IMG/VR virus record: IMGVR_UViG_3300017991_000130
Coordinates: 1-55,948 of that record
DNA length: 55,948 nucleotides
Origin: a virus
Taxonomy: Duplodnaviria > Caudoviricetes
Strand: one strand, 5' to 3'
The translations under genes and the position numbers were made by a program. Below are positions 27,261 through 35,866 of this stretch, in pieces (positions within the stretch are counted from its first letter, which is position 1; the number at the start of each line of letters is the position of its first letter). The notes under the pieces are model-generated. The model saw only the letters and a program-made list of their open reading frames with translations. It had not been told where the DNA came from and did not search any database.

Positions 27261-27432
27261 AATGCGGCAGGCCCAGCTTGCCCCCCTTGGCCGGAACCAG
27301 GACTTCTACGTTGCCGGTGAAGGCCGGGTCGAGCTGCACGGCCATCAGGCGGTCCAGTTCAGTGATCACGTGGAGCCGCGTGCGGCGGTTCTCGTCGGCG
27401 GCCGAGTGGTTGAACTGGCGGCGTGCGGTCAT
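27208..27432 (-). CDS. Small hypothetical protein
   Basis: 74 aa; ATGA overlap and GAGG SD. Confidence 0.6.
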   Translation of the reverse strand: MTARRQFNHSAADENRRTRLHVITELDRLMAVQLDPAFTGNVEVLVPAKGGKLGLPHFTVKRFGAAPELSDETL

Positions 27433-27638
27433 GGAGTCACCTCGAAGCCGCGGGTCCGAAACTCTTTGGCCAGCATTTCGTCAAGCGCATCGGTCGGCGA
27501 ACGGTCCGGCTCTTTTGCCGGATCGAACCCCAGCACGGCCACCACGTCCGGCGGCGTCTCGGACATTTCCTCGTCGTCCGGATCGTCCTCGTCGGCAAGT
27601 ATTTGCCGCCAATCTTCGGGCTTGTCGGTGTCGCTCAT
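27429..27638 (-). CDS. Small acidic protein coupled to the portal-topoisomerase gene
   Basis: 69 aa, DEDDPDDEEMSETPPDVVAVLGFDP; ATGA overlap with the topoisomerase-domain stop. Confidence 0.7.
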   Translation of the reverse strand: MSDTDKPEDWRQILADEDDPDDEEMSETPPDVVAVLGFDPAKEPDRSPTDALDEMLAKEFRTRGFEVTP

Positions 27639-30600
27639 ACGGCTACCTGCGCTTTCCAGGCATCGAACACGTGTGGATCAATGTATGATTGCAAGGCAAT
27701 CACGAGCGTGTTGCCCAACAATTCCGAAACCTGTCTGGCGACCTCGCGGATTGCCTTGCACCGCTGTTGCTCAGTCTCAGGTCGCGGCAGCCGCTCCACT
27801 AGCTCTCTCGCCGCTAGCGTACCGCGGATCGTGCGAAAATCCTTCGTCTTGAATCCGCCGCCATTGAGCGTGTGCGAGTAGTCGAGTAGCTCGCCGGCCG
27901 TCGTGGCAAAAAGCTGGCCGTCCGGCCCGGCTTCTTCGCTGCGCTTGAACAGATCGGCCGCAATCTTGTCATCGTGAATCGGGATATCCAAGGACACGCC
28001 TTTCTTGCCCGTGAACCGCAACCGAACGTTGCCGCTCCCGTCCACCACGACGTGCTTTCCAAGGAGCGTCGTGGCTCCATAGGCCCGAATCTCGGCCTTT
28101 GTGTCTCGTTCGCTGCCCGGGCGAATGCCCGTGGCCTGGACAAGCCGCCAGACGGTTGCCGCCTCTCGCGTCTTCTTGTCGCCGCTTGCGATATCGTGCT
28201 TGTTTTGCGCCTGCATTTGGGCGAGTTTCTCGATTCCCTCTTGGACGCGAGCAAACTTGGCCGCGGCCTGTCGCTGGACGTGGTCCGGCGAGTAGATGCG
28301 TTGCTCACGGCCTTTGGCGTCGATGCCGCGAGCCAGAACGTGATGGGCAGGATCGGTAGAGATTTCTGCCGACTTCCAGCCCGGCGGGAGCCGGAGTTTG
28401 CCGACGTGCTCGGGCATCGTCGCGCCGCCCGGCATCTGCCATTCGTGACGGGTCCTGGCCTCGCCTTTCTTGGTCTTGTAGCGGACGCGGCGCTTCTGGA
28501 GAGACTGAAACGGCGCAAACTGCCCGGCATTGTCCGGCTGCCCGCGGGGGTGCTTCGTTTCGTCCCACTTCGGCTTCTGGGCTCGACTGAACTTCGCCTT
28601 TTCTTCTCCTGTTTTTTTCGTCCGAAGGCGAGCAGCTTTTTCTTTTTCTATAGCCCTTGATCGTATTTCGCCTTTGGATTGTTTCAGGTCGGGGTAATCA
28701 GCCAGAACCTTCGGACGAACGGGAACGCCTGCTTCAATGGCGCATATGACTGCGCGGCGGTGATCGTTTGGCGTCCAATGCCGTTGGATCGGCCTTCGTT
28801 GTTCGTCGAAGTCGGCGCTTTTCCATTTCTCTGCCTCTTCTTGTTGGGCTTCGGCAAGCGTTTTGTCCCATGCATTCTGACCGGGAGTTTGCTGGTGCCG
28901 GCGGCGAGTTAGCGCGTTGTCGAGGTCTGCCTCCCAACCTAGGAAAGATTCAAGCACTTCGTCCGGTACCGGCTTGCCGGCTTCGAGTGCCTTTCGTATG
29001 GATTCGAGATGAAAGCGCGGCACTTCTTCGATGTCCTCTTTGGTGACCTTCCGCCCAGCCTTATCAAACTCAGCCTGCTGGTGTTTCAGCCACTCTCTCC
29101 GGGTCATTTGCCAGGGCTCGGAAGGCTTGTTTGAATCTTTTACGGGCTTACCCTTGGCCTTCCGCCGTCCCTGCGCGTCCTTACCCGTCTCGGGGTGCGG
29201 CTGCTTTTCCAGGGCCTTTGCCTCGGCCTTGGTGAGATCATCACCCTCAATGCCGCGGTTGCTGGCCCGATACCGTTCCACTCGCCGCAGTCGGCCGCGC
29301 CGATCGTAGATCAATCGTTCCATTCCGGGCCGCAACCGGCGGTAGCCTTCCGTCCGCCCGCTGAGTGCCGCAAAGAGCTTTTGGTAGTCGCCCTCAGGTG
29401 ACGGCGGCGACGGCATTTCCGGACCCTGCCCGTTTCCGCCCGGGCCTGGTGCGCCGGGCTGTCCGGCCGCCTGTGGGTTTTGCAGCGTGTCTTCATCCGG
29501 CTGTGCGATGGCCGCGCCGATCAGTTCCGCCACATCGGCCGCCCGAAGCTTGAGCCCCATGTTGTAGGCTCGCTCCCATGCCACCAGCTTGCCTTCCACG
29601 TCGGGCGACTCGGTTTCGATTACAAACCGGATGGGGCAGCCGGCGTATTTTGGCCAGTTGTACCGCAAGAGCGGCTGTACGAGGTCTGTGGTCAGCGTCT
29701 CGCCGAGATTGATGGCGTCGTAGCGGACGATCTGGAGGTATGTGTCCAGGTGGATCGTGGCCACGCCGGAACCTAGGCCCGTGGAGGCCGTCTCGCTGGT
29801 GAGGATCTGGCCCAGGATGTAGCGCTTGATCTGCCAGCCGAAATATTCGCGGATGATGCGGTCCAGGGCGTCGGCCCCCGCCATGCCGGGCTCGATCCGC
29901 TTCACGTCGGTCGAGAGTACGTCGCTGTCCGGGTGGCGGGGCACGAGCACGATGTTCCGGCCCTGGCCGATCCGTTCTTCGGCGGCCTTCAGCGTGTCGG
30001 CCTTGGCCTGGGCGTTGCCGGCCGGGTAGCTCCAGATCTCCATGCCGAACGCGCTCCGCTCCAGGTACTCCATCAGCCAGGCGAGCGTTTCCTGCTTCTG
30101 GTACCAGAGCCAGTAGAGGCGGTTGCGGATGCCCACGCCGTGAATCGCCCCGGCGCGGTCCGGGGCCTCGTACTCGGCGTCTTCGATCATGTGCTTGTGA
30201 ATCGCCAGCAGCGGCCTCTCCCAGTGTTCCAGAAAGTAGGCCAACCCGTGGTCGGTAGGGGCAATCTTGCCGAATCGCTCGATCACCCAGCGATTGGCAA
30301 TCTGCGAGCCGGCCGTGTAGCCCGCCCCAACGCGGATGCCGACTTGATCGTCGTCGTACTCGCCGGTGCCGTCGTCGTAGCGGAACACCAGCTTGTCGCC
30401 GTTGACCGGCCGCCACCGCTCGACCGCGACCCGCATCTTGCCGCCGATCGTCTTCCAGCGATAACGGTGAGCCACCGCGTACTTGCCGTACCACAAGGCA
30501 TAGAGCAGGTTTTCGCGGTACTTAAGGAAATTCGGGATCTGACGAATGATGGCCGACAGCTCATCGACGAGCGTTTTTTGCGCGGCGTTCTTTTCGTCTT

Positions 30601-30901
30601 CCGCTTCCAGGTGCCACCCCAGAAGTGCCGTTGACCGCTGTCGTTGTTCCAGGCACTCCATGATGCCCGGGTCGTTGCGCATGAAGCGGGCGTTCTCCCA
30701 CGAGTGCTGCATCGCCTCGTCGGAGACGTAGTACGTCCGGGCCACGTTCCGCAAGATGCCCTGAAACGTGACTACGTGCGGCAGCACATCCTGGCCCATG
30801 CCGGGCGGCATCCCCGGGATCTCCTCGAAGGGGTCGCGGTCATGGGAGTCGCCAGAGCGAAGAGGCTGGCGAGCTGGACAGTCGTAGCTGATAACGGACA
30901 T
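27635..30901 (-). CDS. Portal protein (DUF935/Mu gp29-like) fused to a C-terminal type IB DNA topoisomerase
   Basis: Portal half has MRNDPGIMECLEQRQ, YLERSAFG and IKRYILGQILTSE. Topoisomerase half has GIDAKGREQRIY, KFARV, GIRPGSE, YGATTL, FTGKKGV, KDFRT, LGNT and SYIDP. One uninterrupted frame; start codon approximate. Confidence 0.88.
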   Translation of the reverse strand: MSVISYDCPARQPLRSGDSHDRDPFEEIPGMPPGMGQDVLPHVVTFQGILRNVARTYYVSDEAMQHSWENARFMRNDPGIMECLEQRQRSTALLGWHLEAEDEKNAAQKTLVDELSAIIRQIPNFLKYRENLLYALWYGKYAVAHRYRWKTIGGKMRVAVERWRPVNGDKLVFRYDDGTGEYDDDQVGIRVGAGYTAGSQIANRWVIERFGKIAPTDHGLAYFLEHWERPLLAIHKHMIEDAEYEAPDRAGAIHGVGIRNRLYWLWYQKQETLAWLMEYLERSAFGMEIWSYPAGNAQAKADTLKAAEERIGQGRNIVLVPRHPDSDVLSTDVKRIEPGMAGADALDRIIREYFGWQIKRYILGQILTSETASTGLGSGVATIHLDTYLQIVRYDAINLGETLTTDLVQPLLRYNWPKYAGCPIRFVIETESPDVEGKLVAWERAYNMGLKLRAADVAELIGAAIAQPDEDTLQNPQAAGQPGAPGPGGNGQGPEMPSPPSPEGDYQKLFAALSGRTEGYRRLRPGMERLIYDRRGRLRRVERYRASNRGIEGDDLTKAEAKALEKQPHPETGKDAQGRRKAKGKPVKDSNKPSEPWQMTRREWLKHQQAEFDKAGRKVTKEDIEEVPRFHLESIRKALEAGKPVPDEVLESFLGWEADLDNALTRRRHQQTPGQNAWDKTLAEAQQEEAEKWKSADFDEQRRPIQRHWTPNDHRRAVICAIEAGVPVRPKVLADYPDLKQSKGEIRSRAIEKEKAARLRTKKTGEEKAKFSRAQKPKWDETKHPRGQPDNAGQFAPFQSLQKRRVRYKTKKGEARTRHEWQMPGGATMPEHVGKLRLPPGWKSAEISTDPAHHVLARGIDAKGREQRIYSPDHVQRQAAAKFARVQEGIEKLAQMQAQNKHDIASGDKKTREAATVWRLVQATGIRPGSERDTKAEIRAYGATTLLGKHVVVDGSGNVRLRFTGKKGVSLDIPIHDDKIAADLFKRSEEAGPDGQLFATTAGELLDYSHTLNGGGFKTKDFRTIRGTLAARELVERLPRPETEQQRCKAIREVARQVSELLGNTLVIALQSYIDPHVFDAWKAQVAV

Positions 30902-30944
30902 CGCAGGACTCGCAGATCGTGAATTGCGGGCGGGAATCGCCGCG

Positions 30945-31235
30945 TCAGTTGATAGAGGCGACCAGGCAGCCTTTGACGCCGGCCCCGCCGGCTGCAAGGG
31001 TGATGATAAGGGTCCCGTCGCCGGTCATCGCCAACTTGTCGGCAAAGGGCACCGGCCCCGGCCCGCCTTGGGTGATGTACTGCTTGTAAAGCGTGGTGTC
31101 GTCCAACGCAATCTGGAGGTAGCCGTCAGTCGGAACCGCGTTGTAGGAAAAATGAATCCACTCGATGTATCGCGGGTTTTCGACCTCGATAGTGGCCGCC
31201 TCGTTGTCTTTGTCGATGCTCTTGTAGAGTGCCAT
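30945..31235 (-). CDS. Hypothetical protein (96 aa)
   Basis: GGGAGAG SD; beta-rich composition; co-oriented with the operon. Confidence 0.65.
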   Translation of the reverse strand: MALYKSIDKDNEAATIEVENPRYIEWIHFSYNAVPTDGYLQIALDDTTLYKQYITQGGPGPVPFADKLAMTGDGTLIITLAAGGAGVKGCLVASIN

Positions 31236-31257
31236 GGCTCTCTCCCGGGCTGTGAGG

Positions 31258-34008
31258 TTATCCGTACGCCGTTCCGCTAAGTCCGCTGAGTCCGCTGAGC
31301 CCGCTCAGGCCGCCGGCCGATGCGGCGGTCGCCCCGAAATTCCAGTTCTCGTTGTCGCCCGAATCCTCGCAGCCCACCGTCGCGTCGACCTCGACGCCGC
31401 CCGAGGCATCGCAGTACGCCGCGTCAACGTAGGTCACCGCGGCGCTCGTCGTCGCCGTCAAGGTCCAGGCCGCCGAGCCTTTGAGTTCTAAGAGGCTCCC
31501 GTCTGCACCGTCGGCCTGGAACGTGCCGCAGTTCCACGCCGAACCGACGGGGTCCAGAATCGTTACGCCGGGGCGAATCCTAATCGACGTTGCCGTAATC
31601 GTCTTGCCGTTCGGGTCGAACGTCCCGGCCACGATGTCCAACGACGTACAAGTCAAGTCTTCGGTGAGCGTGACTACGCCGCCCGGCTTGTTGATCGTGA
31701 CCGCACCCATCTCGGCCTCGATGGCCAGGTCCTGGTCCTCGGAGCCGCCGAGCGTCAGCGCGCCGGAGATCACGGCCGCGGCGGCAATCGTCACGTCGCC
31801 GGTCGAAAGCGTGATGTCGTTGAAGTCCACGGTCCCGGCCGTGATGGTCAGCGTCAAGCAGCCGAAACTGGCCTCAAAGGTGAGTGTACCTCCGGTCTTA
31901 TTGATCGTCGTTGCCCCGACCGTCTGCCCGGCCAGGTCGATCGACTGGTCGTTTGCGCCGCTGAAGAGCACCGTCTCGGAATCGGTGACCCAGGAGAACT
32001 CGCCTCCCACATCGACGTTTTCCTGAACAATGTTGCCCTGAAACACCCAGGCCGTAGACGCCCCGGTGTTGTCGATGATCACATCGCCGGCGTTATCGAT
32101 GTTGACCCGCATGGGACCGGTAATGGTGATCGAAGCAGTGCCCTTCGTCCCGGTGTCGATCTTGACGTAGCCGTCATTATCCGGGGCCGTGCCCGCCTCG
32201 GGCTGCAAGTGCAGCGTCGTGTCGAACACGTAGTTGCCAGCCTCCAGTTCCATCGTGCAAGAGGTCGGGCCCGTGGCGTGGAAGATTACGCAATCGGTCG
32301 GGGCGTAGGTGCCCGCCGCCATCACGGCACCCGCGGCGGGCCGGCAGAAGCGCACGCGATAAGGAGCAATCGTAGCCGTAGCGTCGAGTGAGACGATGCC
32401 GTGCCCGGCGGTGAGCAGGTAATTGTGAATCTGCCCCATGCCGTCGATGGTCACGCCCGCGCCGATGTGATAGTCGCCCGTTTTGTTGGCCCGCAGCGTC
32501 TTGGTCGTGTGGCCTATCGTCAAGTCGCCGTCGATGTGGCACTCGTTGGTGAAGTCGACGATGTTGCCGCTGGCCTCGGGAATGGTCGTGTGCGACCCGG
32601 CCGCGAACGTGAGGTTGTAAAACGCCGTCTCGTGCTTGCCGGTCAAGAGGCCGTCGGCGGCGTGCAGGACTACGGTGCTAGTGCCGGGGGTGAGCGTCCC
32701 GATGTCGGCATAGTTTAAGTCGCCGTATAGATCCCAGGTGCTACCGTCGCCGAGGTCAACCGTGTCGGCCGTTTCAAGGAGCGTGTCGCCGTCAACCCGC
32801 ACGTCAAAGGCGGCGGCGTCGAAATTGCCGTCAGTGACCGTAAGTCCGTCCGTCCGCAAATCGGCCCCGAGCGTCACGCCATTGGCGCTCTTGTCGATGA
32901 CGACCGCCTCTAGAGTCGTATCCGCCGGCCATGTCCAGGTCTGAGCGAGAGCCCCGCCGGCCGTAATTGTCCCCGTGCCCTTGGTCCACGCCGGCGTGCC
33001 TGTGCCACCTAAAGCATCCGTAGACACGCTGCCCAGGATCGTCCAATTGCAATCCCCGTCGGAATTGTCTACCGACGGGCTGCCTGAAGAACCAGCCGAC
33101 AAGCGATAGATGATGTCATTGATCGCAAACGAATCCGCTGCGGCGGTGACCATCCGCGGACTGGCCGTGGAGGCGGGTTGAATAACGAGGTCCGCAGTCG
33201 TGAGATCGTAGTCGCCGGCAGAGAGCGTCAGCGGCCAGGCTGCACTTACACCATAGAGGCTCAGGATGGTTATGGCATACGTGCCCGGGGCCAGAACGGC
33301 CGCCGCATTCGGGTCGCGGATGCGAATGGTCTCGATGTCCACCACCGCCGTTGCATCCAACGACGTAATGCCGTGACCGGCAGTAGGGGCGTAGAGATAT
33401 AGGATGCCGGCCGAGCCGGTAAGATTCGCACCAGCACCGATCACCACGTCGGCGTTCGACATGATTTGTAGATACTTGGTGTTGCCGTCGCCAACATCCA
33501 GCTTGCCGTTGATCGTCGCCTGATGGGCAATGCGGATAAAGTTGCCAGAGGCGGCCGGAATCTCCACCACCGCGCCGGAGTCGATCACTAGGTTGTAGAG
33601 CTCGACGGCGTTTTTGCCGATCAATTGGGCCGGCGTCTCGGCACTGCCACCCGTCAACACCACCGTACTGGTGCCGTCGTCGAGCGTGCCAACGTGAAGA
33701 TAGTCGAGGTCGCCGGCTACGGTATGCGTGGTGAGAAGCCCGAGGTCGGCCGTGTCCGGGTTGTCAAACACCATCCCCGCCGCGCCCCAGGCGTGCGTGA
33801 GGCCATCGCCGAGGTCGATGCTGCCGTCATACGCCGCGGTGGCCGCGATGCCGTCGCAGACGGCGTTCTCGTCGACCACTAGCGCATTATCGGTCGTGCC
33901 GTCCAGATAGGCCGTGTCGCCGACCGTCGGCTTCGAGCCGTCCGACCAATTGGCATCGGTTGACCACAAGTGGTCAGCGCTGGCATCAATGTAGGTGTTG
34001 TTGGCCAT
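31258..34008 (-). CDS. Large beta-helix/autotransporter-passenger-like virion fibre or adhesin
   Basis: 916 aa, Thr/Gly/Ala/Asp-rich; WSTDANWSDG..P..GD start; internal duplications and repeated 'INK.GG..TL...L....L.I..GTFD' units. Confidence 0.75.
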   Translation of the reverse strand: MANNTYIDASADHLWSTDANWSDGSKPTVGDTAYLDGTTDNALVVDENAVCDGIAATAAYDGSIDLGDGLTHAWGAAGMVFDNPDTADLGLLTTHTVAGDLDYLHVGTLDDGTSTVVLTGGSAETPAQLIGKNAVELYNLVIDSGAVVEIPAASGNFIRIAHQATINGKLDVGDGNTKYLQIMSNADVVIGAGANLTGSAGILYLYAPTAGHGITSLDATAVVDIETIRIRDPNAAAVLAPGTYAITILSLYGVSAAWPLTLSAGDYDLTTADLVIQPASTASPRMVTAAADSFAINDIIYRLSAGSSGSPSVDNSDGDCNWTILGSVSTDALGGTGTPAWTKGTGTITAGGALAQTWTWPADTTLEAVVIDKSANGVTLGADLRTDGLTVTDGNFDAAAFDVRVDGDTLLETADTVDLGDGSTWDLYGDLNYADIGTLTPGTSTVVLHAADGLLTGKHETAFYNLTFAAGSHTTIPEASGNIVDFTNECHIDGDLTIGHTTKTLRANKTGDYHIGAGVTIDGMGQIHNYLLTAGHGIVSLDATATIAPYRVRFCRPAAGAVMAAGTYAPTDCVIFHATGPTSCTMELEAGNYVFDTTLHLQPEAGTAPDNDGYVKIDTGTKGTASITITGPMRVNIDNAGDVIIDNTGASTAWVFQGNIVQENVDVGGEFSWVTDSETVLFSGANDQSIDLAGQTVGATTINKTGGTLTFEASFGCLTLTITAGTVDFNDITLSTGDVTIAAAAVISGALTLGGSEDQDLAIEAEMGAVTINKPGGVVTLTEDLTCTSLDIVAGTFDPNGKTITATSIRIRPGVTILDPVGSAWNCGTFQADGADGSLLELKGSAAWTLTATTSAAVTYVDAAYCDASGGVEVDATVGCEDSGDNENWNFGATAASAGGLSGLSGLSGLSGTAYG

Positions 34009-34143
34009 TCAGCCTAATCCTCAATCGGATCGTCCCGCGGCGTAGCGTCCCGATACTTAAACTCCAGCCCCACTTGCACGTCCAACTCCTCGCCGGCCCA
34101 GCAACTGGTTCCGCACCGAAGGCGTTAGATCGCCCGTCGGCGA

Positions 34144-35344
34144 CGTCAACTCGTTTCGTTCTGCCATATTAGATTGCTCCTTCTGTTAATCAACACCCTC
34201 GTTCGGACCTATGTAAACATGCGTGACGGTCTCTTTGACTACCACCAGCCTCTTCGGCGGGTCGCCCAAAAAGCGATTGCCAACGATGCAACCTCCGTTG
34301 CCGCGCCCGCTGTACTTGACCCCGACGCCCGGACTCCCGCCCGTCGCCACCACCGTGTTGCCAACTACACTCCAGTCGCCCGCTTCCTGCGCCTCGTCAC
34401 GGTTGCCGATCGAAATAGCGATGCCGATCGGCTCCTGAAGGTGAATGAAATTGTTCTCGACTTTGATCCCTCTCGGTGCGAGCGACATCGGCCCGGACGG
34501 CTCCATCCTGGTTTCAACCAGGATCGCCCGCTCGCAACCGATATGGCCACGGAGATTGTTGTTGCGGATGACGGCGTTCTCCCATCCCAAGAGCCGTATC
34601 GCGGCGGCATACCCAGCACGCGCGCGAATGGTGTTCTTCTCGACCACAATGTTGCGACACTCGCCGTGCCCGAAGCTGTCGATCAGCCCGCCCTTGTCCA
34701 CGGGGATATCGCCCTCGAACAGGTTCCCCGCGACCACGGCGTTCCGGCAGTCGGCCTGAAAGTGCAGGGGGTAGAACCGCACGTCGCGGCAACGGTTGTG
34801 GCGTAGCTCGATCTGCGACGCATTCCTCATATGAACAGCCGAACCCGATACCCGCGTGAACGTGGAACGGGCAACTTCCAGATGGTTACAGGCCGCGACC
34901 ATTACGGCATGGAACCGATCCGCGGCCGTCGGACCCGACCAATTCAGATTCTCGAAGTAGCAATCCCAAACACTCGCGTGCTCCGTCGTTTTGAGAAACA
35001 CGGCCCGCTTCTGACCCGACGGTTGATCGGTCGGTAGGCCGGCCCCGTCAAAAGTCAAATTTGCGACCTTCACGTATTTGGCCATAATGTCCAAATAGTT
35101 CTGACACCGACCGCAAAGGATTAAGGTCGTAGCTTTTCCCTTGCCCTGTAGAATCAAGGGCTTGGTGATCGGGATGGTGTCACTCAGCAGATAGCGGCCC
35201 GGCCCGAAATTGATTGTGCTTCCGTACTGTGCATCCTCAACGGCTTGCCGCAGTGCGGCCGTGACGTCCGTTCCGGATTGGAGATCGGGCTTTGCTGTCA
35301 TTTTAGTTCGGCTCGGGCAGCGTCAACTCGTTTCGTTCTGCCAT
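34144..35344. repeat. 24-bp direct repeat flanking the pectate-lyase-like gene
   Basis: CGTCAACTCGTTTCGTTCTGCCAT at 34144-34167 and 35321-35344. Confidence 0.9.
34186..35301 (-). CDS. Right-handed parallel beta-helix (pectate-lyase-like) protein, putative depolymerase
   Basis: DVTAALRQAV...TINFGPGRYLLSDTI...LQGKG N-terminal signature and repeated N..I..N strands. Confidence 0.85.
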   Translation of the reverse strand: MTAKPDLQSGTDVTAALRQAVEDAQYGSTINFGPGRYLLSDTIPITKPLILQGKGKATTLILCGRCQNYLDIMAKYVKVANLTFDGAGLPTDQPSGQKRAVFLKTTEHASVWDCYFENLNWSGPTAADRFHAVMVAACNHLEVARSTFTRVSGSAVHMRNASQIELRHNRCRDVRFYPLHFQADCRNAVVAGNLFEGDIPVDKGGLIDSFGHGECRNIVVEKNTIRARAGYAAAIRLLGWENAVIRNNNLRGHIGCERAILVETRMEPSGPMSLAPRGIKVENNFIHLQEPIGIAISIGNRDEAQEAGDWSVVGNTVVATGGSPGVGVKYSGRGNGGCIVGNRFLGDPPKRLVVVKETVTHVYIGPNEGVD

Positions 35345-35357
35345 TCCAGCCACACTC

Positions 35358-35490
35358 CTATGTCAAAAGGATTGTCACAATCGTAAGCACTGCACCGGCC
35401 GCCGTGCCGTAGAGCCACCGGCGGGCCCATCGTGCGGATCTCGATAATCACCTCCCGCATATCGGCAATCTGATCAGCGATGTTAGGCAT
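35358..35490 (-). pseudogene. Small XhlA/holin-like membrane gene with an apparent 1-nt insertion
   Basis: MPNIADQIADMREVIIEIRTM continues after one extra G as ARRWLYGTAAGAVLTIVTILLT*; span is 133 nt (3n+1). Confidence 0.45.
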
Positions 35491-35836
35491 CGTCGTAGAT
35501 GTGGTCCCTCTGCGGATCGTATGGCTCGTATCGTGTGATCACCTCGTAGATGCCCGTCCCCCGGCAGCGCGCGATTACCGCCACACACCGTCCCAGCTCG
35601 GGGTCTATGCTGCCGTACCGCGGGATACCGGGGGCGCGGATCGCGGCAGCCGCAAAATCCTCATCTGGGTTCAATGTCCGCACCCAGTAGGTGTTGCCGG
35701 GCCAGTTGCGCTTGACGGACACGACCTCGAGCGCGTCGGCTTGTGGCTCCGGCTTTGTCGCTGTACTCCTCCACCAGCGCCAGAGCGCCATTGCGACCAG
35801 CGGCATCCAACGCCAGATCACCCTGAATCTGCTCAT
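35483..35836 (-). CDS. Hypothetical protein (117 aa)
   Basis: GGAG SD; hydrophobic/Trp-rich N-terminus; co-oriented. Confidence 0.55.
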   Translation of the reverse strand: MSRFRVIWRWMPLVAMALWRWWRSTATKPEPQADALEVVSVKRNWPGNTYWVRTLNPDEDFAAAAIRAPGIPRYGSIDPELGRCVAVIARCRGTGIYEVITRYEPYDPQRDHIYDDA

Positions 35837-35866
35837 CTGCTCTCCGCTCGGGTTGCGATTTACCGT

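Noticed and set aside
16862-30901. Transposable Mu-like phage
   Set aside because: Head genes are Mu-like, but no transposase is seen, and the element has a tRNA att site plus its own primase/helicase.
31258-35344. Diversity-generating retroelement acting on the fibre genes
   Set aside because: No reverse transcriptase and no template/variable repeat pair differing at adenines; the repeats found are short and identical.
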